Shown piece by piece: positions 55,624-62,793 of a DNA stretch of 64,000 bases. The stretch is from Deltaproteobacteria bacterium. Its GTDB lineage: Bacteria; Desulfobacterota; Desulfovibrionia; Desulfovibrionales; Desulfovibrionaceae. Location of the stretch: contig SAAX01000004.1 in the NCBI GenBank assembly GCA_009929215.1, positions 1,032 to 65,031 of the forward strand, in the 5' to 3' direction. The position numbers were made by a program, and so were the translations under genes. Under the pieces are notes generated by a model that saw only the letters and a program-made list of their open reading frames with translations, did not search any database and was not told the DNA's origin. The number at the start of each line of letters is the position of its first letter. Position 1 is the first letter of the stretch.

Positions 55624-56199
55624 CTAGTACTGCCAGACAGAACCGTCGTAGCGGATCAGTTCGTTAAGGTTGCGAGCCTTAACCTGTTCGCATGAGGCGG
55701 TGGTGATTGCTTCCTGCTTGGTCTTGCCGCGGCATTCCATCACCTTTTCCTGGTAACGGATAAAGCCCACGTACTGGCCGCTGGCGCCGGGGCGCAGTTC
55801 GGTGGTCACGTTGGACGCGTCCACTTCAATGTAGCTGGAAACAAAGCCTTTGCTGTCCTGGCGCACCTCTCGGGATGCCTTGGAGGGCATAACCGTGCGT
55901 GCAGCCTGGGCGGCAAGCTTGTTGCCTACCATGGTGAGTTCGGCGGCGACCTGTGCTTCGGTCTTCGCGCCTTTTTTGGTGGCAGCGGGCTTAACTTCAG
56001 CCGATTTTTCGGCCTTGGTTTTACCTTTCTTGCCCTTGGCGTCCTTGGCAGGAGCCACGGGGGCCGGGGCCGGTTCGGGGGCTGCGGCCTGTTCCTGCGG
56101 CTGAGCGGGTTTTACTTCTTCAGAAGAAGAACCGCCAAACCAGGCGCAACCGCCGGTGGCCAAGCCCATAGCGAGAATGAGTGCCAGAATCTTACGCAT
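55624..56199 (-). CDS. Hypothetical lipoprotein (191 aa)
   Basis: MRKILALILAMGLATGGC lipobox, a Pro/Ala/Lys-rich linker, then a ~100-aa C-terminal domain. RBS GAGGTG. Confidence 0.7.
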   Translation of the reverse strand: MRKILALILAMGLATGGCAWFGGSSSEEVKPAQPQEQAAAPEPAPAPVAPAKDAKGKKGKTKAEKSAEVKPAATKKGAKTEAQVAAELTMVGNKLAAQAARTVMPSKASREVRQDSKGFVSSYIEVDASNVTTELRPGASGQYVGFIRYQEKVMECRGKTKQEAITTASCEQVKARNLNELIRYDGSVWQY

Positions 56200-56279
56200 G
56201 TGCAGTGCACCTCATAAAAAGCCGGGCGGCATACACCACCCGGCTTTTGCTTTAATTCGACTGAAGCGAAGGCCTGCGA

Positions 56280-57275
56280 TTACTCGAAGGACACTTCGGT
56301 GCGCCGGTTCATGGCGCGACCTTCGTCGGTCTTGTTGTCATACTTGAAGGACTTGCCACGACCGATGGCGGTCATGCGGCTGGAGGGGATACCCTGCTTC
56401 ACAAGGTAGTTCTTAACCGCGCTGGCGCGTTCCTGCGAAAGCTTCATGTTGTAGGAGTCGGAGCCCACGTAGTCGGTCCAGCCAGAGAGAACAACGCGCT
56501 TGTTGGGGTTGTTCTTGATCAGGTTGGCGGCTTCGTTCAGGATGCCCATGGCCTTGCCGTCAAGGGCGTAGGAATTGAAGGCAAAATGCACGCCGCGCAG
56601 CACGATGACGTCTTCGTCCTTGCAGAACACGGAAAGCACAAAGCGTTCAACAGCGGCGTCGCTGGTGGCGAGGTCTTCAGCGCGCACCACAACGGCGTTG
56701 GAATTCAGGGCAGCGATCTTTTTGACGTTGGCTTCACCGTTGGGGGTGTCGGCCAGCGAGATCACATGCACAACCAGGTTACGCTGGCTGGCGTACATCT
56801 GGCTCACGACCTGCACGAGGTCGGTACCACGGTTGTTGTCGCCGTCGGTAACGAGGATCAGGGCGGCGTCGCGCTTCATGCTGGAGATGAAGGGTTCATA
56901 AGCCTGAAGGCCATTGCCCATGCTGGTCATACGACCAAAAATCTGGAAGTCGCTGCGCAGTTTCTTAAGGCCAGCGGCCATGGCGGCGCGATCCCAGGGG
57001 CCCTGGGCGACAATGGCGCCGTTGGGCGAAAGGGTGTGCAAGCCACCGTTGTAGCTCAGAGCGGGGATAGCGGCGTTAACGCGCGTAAGCACGTTTTTGG
57101 CCACAACAATCTTGTCCTGCTTGAGCTTGTCGTTCTTCATCATCATGGAACCAGAGTAGTCCACGACGAAGTCGAAGCTTTCAATTTTCTTGTTGCAAGC
57201 CGGAGCGGCCGCAGCGGCCACGGCGTAGCTCAGAACAAGAGCGGCCGCAAGAGCAAGAAGACGAAACGATTTCAT
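56280..57275 (-). CDS. vWA-domain / OmpA-C-like domain outer-membrane-associated protein
   Basis: Signal peptide MKSFRLLALAAALVLSYAVAAAAAP, MIDAS-type DFVVDYSGSM, and a C-terminal OmpA-like peptidoglycan-binding motif (GWTDYVGSDSYNMKLSQERASAV...NRRTEVSF). RBS GGGAGG. Confidence 0.88.
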   Translation of the reverse strand: MKSFRLLALAAALVLSYAVAAAAAPACNKKIESFDFVVDYSGSMMMKNDKLKQDKIVVAKNVLTRVNAAIPALSYNGGLHTLSPNGAIVAQGPWDRAAMAAGLKKLRSDFQIFGRMTSMGNGLQAYEPFISSMKRDAALILVTDGDNNRGTDLVQVVSQMYASQRNLVVHVISLADTPNGEANVKKIAALNSNAVVVRAEDLATSDAAVERFVLSVFCKDEDVIVLRGVHFAFNSYALDGKAMGILNEAANLIKNNPNKRVVLSGWTDYVGSDSYNMKLSQERASAVKNYLVKQGIPSSRMTAIGRGKSFKYDNKTDEGRAMNRRTEVSFE

Positions 57276-57588
57276 ACTGCCTCCCAAACGTTGTTAGTGT
57301 CGTCGATATACCGTCAACAACAGTAAATCGCGGTGTGCCCGCCACGTTACCGGCTCACTCACAGCCATAGGCCTTGGAGACGGCAACTGCTTTTGACATA
57401 CCCGCGTTTGGGAAAAACCGCAAGTTGTAAATAGGAAAGACTCTTTAGCTTTTGCACTACACTTTAACTGATGCGCGCCCGCCATCCTGCCAAAATTATT
57501 TTTTCCAGCCCACACGCATGGGGCTCGGGCCAGCGCTGGACAGCCCGTCGGGGCTGGGGCATACTTGGCAGTGAACCAAGGATTTTCC

Positions 57589-58494
57589 ATGCCTGCACTG
57601 ACTTTTTCCAAATGGAGCCCTGGGGGTAACACCACCCTGCTCTTTCCCGACACCGGGCAGCGGCCCGCCGAACAGGCGCGCCTTGCGGCCCTGGCGCTTG
57701 ATCCAGCCATGCTTGGCGGAGAGCAGGCGGGATTTGTGCATCTTGCGCAGGGCAGGTTGCGCATGGCGGGCGGAGAATTCTGCGTCAACGCCAGCCGCGC
57801 CGTGGGGGCCCTGCTGGCCTATACCGCCCAGGGTATCAGCCAGGAGCAGGGCGTGCTGGAGGGGCTGGCCCCCGGCCTTGCACAACCGATGCGCGATGCT
57901 GCCGAAGAAGTTCCCGAACGTACTGACGAAATTCAGGTTTCTGGCTGGAACAGCCCGGTGCGCCTGCGCACCCGGGGCGCGGCCCCGCTCTGGCAGGTAG
58001 AAGCCCTGCTGCGGCTGCCAGCGTGCTCCATTACCACGGTTGAACAGGGCGCTCATCTGGTGCGCTTGCCGGGCATCTGCCATTTGCTGCTCGGCGGGCC
58101 AGCCCACACCCTGCCCGACGATTGTTACGCTGTGGCCGCCCAGATGCGCCAGCGCCATAACCTTGATAACGAACCCGCCGCTGGTGTTATCTGGTGGCGC
58201 GAATGTCAGGGCCAGCTCGACATGCTTCCCCTTGTGCATGTGCGTGATGCGGACACGACTTTTCTTGAAAACGCCTGCGGTTCCGGCGCATTGTCTCTCG
58301 CCCTGCTTCTTGCGCGTTCGGGCACGCGCCGCGCATTTTCCATCATGCAGCCCGGCGGCTCTGCCCTTGATGTACGCCTGTTTACCGAAAACGGCGCAGA
58401 AATGGCAGGCGTGGATGGGCCAGTGGCCCTGGTGGCCCGGGGCAAGGCATGGCTGCCAGAGCCAGAAGTCTACACCCGTCCCCGTCAGGCCTGA
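57589..58494 (+). CDS. Diaminopimelate-epimerase-fold (DapF/PhzF superfamily) protein, divergent paralogue
   Basis: FSKWSPGGNTTLLF (compare FxKMHGxGNDF), MAGGEFCVNASRA (compare the first Cys motif, CGNGxRC) and ENACGSGALSLA (compare the second motif, ACGTGA). ATG 57589 lies 7 nt after AAGGA. The stop lies 3 nt before cbiD. Confidence 0.55.
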   Translation: MPALTFSKWSPGGNTTLLFPDTGQRPAEQARLAALALDPAMLGGEQAGFVHLAQGRLRMAGGEFCVNASRAVGALLAYTAQGISQEQGVLEGLAPGLAQPMRDAAEEVPERTDEIQVSGWNSPVRLRTRGAAPLWQVEALLRLPACSITTVEQGAHLVRLPGICHLLLGGPAHTLPDDCYAVAAQMRQRHNLDNEPAAGVIWWRECQGQLDMLPLVHVRDADTTFLENACGSGALSLALLLARSGTRRAFSIMQPGGSALDVRLFTENGAEMAGVDGPVALVARGKAWLPEPEVYTRPRQA

Positions 58495-58497
58495 TTC

Positions 58498-59715
58498 ATG
58501 ACCACCAAGCTGCGAGAGGGCTTTACCACAGGCAGTGCCGCCACCGGCGCGGCGCTGGCCGCTTTGCAACTGCTGCGGCAGGGTTGCGCGCCAGATACGG
58601 TACGCGTGCCGCTGCCGCCCTTTGCCAGCACCCAGCAAGGCGAGCAACCAGTGCCCCGGGGCTGGCTTGAGCTGCCCATCGCGGCCTGTGAATCTGGGCC
58701 CGCGCCAGAGCTGGCCGCATGTTGGGCCGCCAATAATTTTACACACTGCGATCCGCCCCCGCAGGGCATCATACGCTCGGCTCACGCCAGCATAATCAAG
58801 GATGGCGGCGATGATCCCGATGCAACATCGGGCGCGCGCATAAATGCCACAGTGGTTGAAAGCGCCACGCCACAGGACAGCGCAGAGGTTGCAGAGCCCG
58901 GCAACATCATTATAAAGGGAGGGCCGGGGGTCGGGCGTGTCACCCTGCCGGGGCTTCCCGTGCCGGTGGGGCAGGCGGCCATTAACCCTGTGCCGCGCCA
59001 GCAGATTGACCTGGCCTTGCGGGCGCAGGAACATGCACAGCCCCACGATCCCGCGTATGCGTGCAGCACAAGGCTGACAGTTTATGTCAGCGTGCCGCAG
59101 GGGCTTGAGCTGGCGCACAAAACCTTCAACCCCCGGTTGGGCATTGAAGGCGGCATTTCCATACTGGGAACGCAAGGCACTGTGCGGCCTTACAGCCATG
59201 CCGCATGGAAGGCCACCATCGAGCAGGGCCTGGCGGTTGCCGCAGCCACGGGCTGCCGCACGCTGTGCCTGACCACGGGCAGACGCTCGGAACGGCTGCT
59301 CATGGAACGGTATCCAGAGCTGCCCGAACGCTGTTTTGTGCAGGTTGCCGACTTTGCGCAGTTTTCGCTGCACGCGGCCGGGGCCATGAACTTTGAGCGC
59401 ATTGTGTGGGGCTGTTTTTTTGGCAAGCTGGTCAAGCTGGCCCAGGGGCACGCCTACACCCACGCCAAGGATTCTACCCTCGACATGCAGAACCTGGCGC
59501 AACAGGCCAGTGCGGCCAAGGCCGCTTGCGCCAGCGAGATTGCCCGCTGCATAACGGCAGCGCACGCGCAGGAACTGCTGCTGACAGACGCCGCCGGGGC
59601 GCGAGTGCTTGAGCAGGTGGGGCAACAGGCCATGCAGACGGCCAAAAATTTTGCGGGGCAGGCCGTGAGCCTGCACCTTTTTCATACTGACGGCAGGGAA
59701 TTATTGGCACTATGA
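58498..59715 (+). CDS. cbiD: Cobalt-precorrin-5B (C1)-methyltransferase
   Basis: MTTKLREGFTTGSAATGAALAA..., GPGVGRVTLPGLPVPVGQAAINPVPR, and GISILGTQG motifs. Confidence 0.92.
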   Translation: MTTKLREGFTTGSAATGAALAALQLLRQGCAPDTVRVPLPPFASTQQGEQPVPRGWLELPIAACESGPAPELAACWAANNFTHCDPPPQGIIRSAHASIIKDGGDDPDATSGARINATVVESATPQDSAEVAEPGNIIIKGGPGVGRVTLPGLPVPVGQAAINPVPRQQIDLALRAQEHAQPHDPAYACSTRLTVYVSVPQGLELAHKTFNPRLGIEGGISILGTQGTVRPYSHAAWKATIEQGLAVAAATGCRTLCLTTGRRSERLLMERYPELPERCFVQVADFAQFSLHAAGAMNFERIVWGCFFGKLVKLAQGHAYTHAKDSTLDMQNLAQQASAAKAACASEIARCITAAHAQELLLTDAAGARVLEQVGQQAMQTAKNFAGQAVSLHLFHTDGRELLAL

Positions 59716-61664
59716 AACAACAAGTCTCACTGCCCGGCTTTGCCGTGCCATCCCACACACCCTCGGCTTCTGCAACGGAACGCGAGGCGGGCCTTGCTGC
59801 CTCTACTGCCCCGGTCTCCGATTCAGAACTGGCAGCAGAATCGGTCGCAGCGCTGGCGCCAGAATTGGCACCAGAGCAGGCGACTGTGTTGGCGACAGAC
59901 ATATCGTTGCAGCCCGTGCAGCAAGAGCCGCACGGCGATAGCCAGGTTACCGCCGCGCCCGACCTGCCGCAGACAGAAACTGAACCCGCCCAGTCCACGC
60001 CTGCTTCTGTAGAGGACGCTCCTGCCCCGCCGCCAGCCGTCAGCCCCGAAGCCGCGCCCGCCGCAAGTGTGGAACCCGCCCTAACCGCCGCGCCCGCCCC
60101 AGACGCGGACGCCGCCCCAACCGTAGATCCCGCATGCCCCGCGCCACTGCGGGCAGATATTTCTACGCCTGCGTCTGCACCAAGCTCTGAGCCAAAATCA
60201 GCGCCCAATCCCGGGCCAAGTTCAGCGCCCACACCTGCTTCTGGCGGCACGTCCGATCAGGACGACTGGCCGCCCATGTCGGAGATGTTGCAGTCTTTCT
60301 TTGTTTTTGAGCCCACCATCGCCGCGCCCGAACCCATCACAGTCATGGGGCTCGACTGCGCCCGCCCGCGCGGTCTGGCTGGCCTTGCCGAAGCCCAGCG
60401 CCAGCTTGCTGAACAGGCCGACGTTATCTGCGCCGGGCGCAGCCTGCTTGAAGAATTTTCTGGCCGCAGCCTCACAGCCGAGGCCGAAACCACGCAAAGC
60501 GCCCAAAGCCCCGATTCGCAGTGCACGCCCCTCAAGGCCCGCCTGCTGCCCCTCAGCACCCCGCTTGAGCCGCTGCTCACCCGCATGAGCCAGTTGCGTG
60601 CCGCTGGCGAGCGTGTACTGGTGCTGGCAGACGGCGACCCTCTGCTTTTTGGCATTGGCGCAACCCTGGTGCGCCGCCTTGGCCCCACTGCGGTGCGCCT
60701 GCTGCCTGCGGTCAGCTCGTTGCAACAGGCTTGCGCGCGGCTTTCACTGCCGTGGCACAAGGTTATCTGCCTTTCGCTGCACGGGCGCGACGACCTGCGC
60801 CCCCTCAACGTGGCCTGCGGCAAAAACACGCCGCTCTGCATCCTTACCGACGCGCGCATGTCGCCCGACGTTCTGGCCCGCCACCTGCTCGACAGGGGCG
60901 TTGACTGGTTTGACGCGCACATTTTTGAACGCATGGGCGCAGCCGACGAAACCGTCAGCCATCTGAGCCTTGCCGATGCCGCCAGCCGCGAATTTGGCCC
61001 GGCATGCACCATGATTCTGGTTCCCGCCGCACCCGCACGCCGCCCGCATCTGGGGCTGGATGCCGACCAGCTTGCGGTTGACCGGGGCCTGATTACCAAA
61101 AAGCCCGTACGGGCAGCGGCATTGGCCCTGCTGCGCATTGAGGCCGGGCATGTGGTGTGGGATTTGGGCTCTGGCTCAGGTGCTGTGGCCCTTGAGGCAT
61201 CTGTGCTGGCGCACGAAGGCCGCGTTATTGCGGTAGAACGCTCTGCCGGGCGCGCCATGGGCATTCAGGAAAACCGCCGCCGCTTTGGCGCTGCCAATGT
61301 GGAAGTGCGACTGGGCCAAGCGCCGGACTGCCTGCCCGGCTTGCCTGATCCGCAACGGGTATTTATTGGCGGCGGGCTTTCCGGCGACGACGGCGATGAC
61401 ATTCTGGGCCATGTGTGCCTGCGTTTGCCCGTGGGGGGCCGCGTGGTGGTCAGTTGCGTGCTGCTCGACAGCTTCAGCCTGTGCCGCCGTTTTTTTGAAG
61501 ACATGGCCTGGCCCGTGGAAATTTTGCAGATATCTGCCGCCGAGGGCAAAACGCTGGGCGGCGATGTGCACCTGTCGGCCATGAACCCGGTATTTTTGCT
61601 GGCCGCTCAAAAACCCGCGCCCGCCCCCATCCAGGCTGGCGCACAACAGCCCGAAGGCAGATAA
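59712..61664 (+). CDS. cbiET: Bifunctional cobalt-precorrin-7 (C5)-methyltransferase / cobalt-precorrin-6B (C15)-methyltransferase (decarboxylating), CbiE-CbiT fusion, with a ~190-aa Pro/Ala-rich N-terminal extension
   Basis: ATGA overlap with the cbiD stop. The CbiE part is ITVMGLDC...VLVLADGDPLLFGIGATLVRRLG. The CbiT part is VVWDLGSGSGAVALEAS...VIAVERS...VFIGGG. Residues 1-190 are A/P/S/E-rich with no recognisable domain. Confidence 0.88.
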   Translation: MKQQVSLPGFAVPSHTPSASATEREAGLAASTAPVSDSELAAESVAALAPELAPEQATVLATDISLQPVQQEPHGDSQVTAAPDLPQTETEPAQSTPASVEDAPAPPPAVSPEAAPAASVEPALTAAPAPDADAAPTVDPACPAPLRADISTPASAPSSEPKSAPNPGPSSAPTPASGGTSDQDDWPPMSEMLQSFFVFEPTIAAPEPITVMGLDCARPRGLAGLAEAQRQLAEQADVICAGRSLLEEFSGRSLTAEAETTQSAQSPDSQCTPLKARLLPLSTPLEPLLTRMSQLRAAGERVLVLADGDPLLFGIGATLVRRLGPTAVRLLPAVSSLQQACARLSLPWHKVICLSLHGRDDLRPLNVACGKNTPLCILTDARMSPDVLARHLLDRGVDWFDAHIFERMGAADETVSHLSLADAASREFGPACTMILVPAAPARRPHLGLDADQLAVDRGLITKKPVRAAALALLRIEAGHVVWDLGSGSGAVALEASVLAHEGRVIAVERSAGRAMGIQENRRRFGAANVEVRLGQAPDCLPGLPDPQRVFIGGGLSGDDGDDILGHVCLRLPVGGRVVVSCVLLDSFSLCRRFFEDMAWPVEILQISAAEGKTLGGDVHLSAMNPVFLLAAQKPAPAPIQAGAQQPEGR

Positions 61665-61666
61665 AC

Positions 61667-62455
61667 ATGGATACCGCAGCGCGCGCCGGGGTTGCACCCG
61701 GCACGGTCACATTTGTTGGGGCTGGCCCCGGCGACCCCGACCTCATGACCATCAAGGGGCGCAAAGCCATTAAAGAGGCTGCCCTTGTGCTCTATGCGGG
61801 CTCGCTGGTTCCGCGCGAGGTAGTGGCCTGCGCAGCACCGCAAGCCATGGTTGTGGATTCCGCCCCGCTGACGCTGGAGCAGTGCCACGCTCTCGTGCGC
61901 GCTACCGCCCTGGAGGGCCGCCCGGTAGCCCGTGTGCATACGGGCGATCCCTCGCTGTACGGTGCGCTGCGCGAACAGGCCGCCCTGTTGGATGCGGACG
62001 GTATTCCCTGGCGGGTGATACCGGGCGTTACCGCCGCCTGTGCCGCTGCCGCCGCCGGGGGCATTACCTTTACCGTGCCGGAAGTAACCCAAAGCCTCAT
62101 TATCAGCAGGCTTGAAGGCCGTACCCCGGTTCCCGCTCGTGAGCACCTGCACCTGCTGGCCGAGCACAAGGCCTCCATGGCCGTGTATCTTTCGGCCGCC
62201 TCGGCCCAGGCCCTGCAAGACGAGCTTTTGCGCAGCCTGCCGCCAGAAACCCCAATTTTCTGCGCCCACATGGTCAGCTGGCCAGAAGAGCAACTGTACT
62301 GGACCACCCTGGGCGAGCTTGCCCAGTGCATCACCAGCCACAACCTTACCCGGCAGACAGTCTTTCTTGTGCTGCCCGCAGAAAACAGCCAGGGTGCGCC
62401 CTCGCGCCTCTATGCAGCCGACTTTGCTCACGGCTACCGCCCTGCTCAGGGCTGA
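61667..62455 (+). CDS. cbiF: Cobalt-precorrin-4 C11-methyltransferase
   Basis: GTVTFVGAGPGDPDLMTIKGRKAIKEAALVLYAGSLV...VARVHTGDPSLYGA. Confidence 0.93.
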   Translation: MDTAARAGVAPGTVTFVGAGPGDPDLMTIKGRKAIKEAALVLYAGSLVPREVVACAAPQAMVVDSAPLTLEQCHALVRATALEGRPVARVHTGDPSLYGALREQAALLDADGIPWRVIPGVTAACAAAAAGGITFTVPEVTQSLIISRLEGRTPVPAREHLHLLAEHKASMAVYLSAASAQALQDELLRSLPPETPIFCAHMVSWPEEQLYWTTLGELAQCITSHNLTRQTVFLVLPAENSQGAPSRLYAADFAHGYRPAQG

Positions 62456-62605
62456 TTCTCCCTTCGCATAATTTCCTCACAGCACAAATTCAGGCAGGGT
62501 GCTCTGACGCATCCTGCTTGAATTGCGCCCTTTTTCCATATCTGCCATCCTGATACACAACATTATCGTGACACGTTTGTAAAATTTATTTGTACTGTTA
62601 TTACT

Positions 62606-62767
62606 TGAATCATGAAGTGAATCGATTCATACGTTGCTGGTTTTTTGACATTGTGCGATTGTTTGTTTTTTCACAATACATAAAAATCAGCTCACAGTAT
62701 CTAAATTAATCTACATGTAGATATGGATTTGCAGTCCATATCTCTCACCCATTGTCATAACGACAAT
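62606..62767. promoter_or_regulatory. A/T-rich control region with five inverted repeats upstream of the aldehyde dehydrogenase gene
   Basis: - TGAATC at 62606 plus the perfect 12-nt palindrome TGAATCGATTCA (62618-62629)
- ATTGTG-N16-CACAAT (62650-62677), overlapping a TTGACA box (62645-62650)
- the perfect 14-nt palindrome ATCTACATGTAGAT (62709-62722)
- ATATGGA-N7-TCCATAT (62721-62741)
- ATTGTC-N5-GACAAT (62751-62767). Confidence 0.6.
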
Positions 62768-62793
62768 CATGGTTTTTAAAAAAGGTGTGATTC

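Noticed and set aside
57288-57588. Possible cobalamin riboswitch upstream of the cbi operon (bits such as tgcccgccacgtta and agccata...ggagacggc).
   Set aside because: The conserved elements (GGTG..AAxCC, GCCACTG, and a B12 box of the AGYCMGGAGACCKGCC type) are not present in the right order or spacing by eye. A covariance-model scan (Rfam cobalamin family) of the plus strand would be decisive.
57496-59685. A 729-aa minus-strand ORF.
   Set aside because: It is antisense to the DapF-like gene and cbiD. Composition is low-complexity and Arg/Gly/Ala/Cys-rich with no motifs. The plus strand has clear CbiD signatures and operon-like start/stop coupling.
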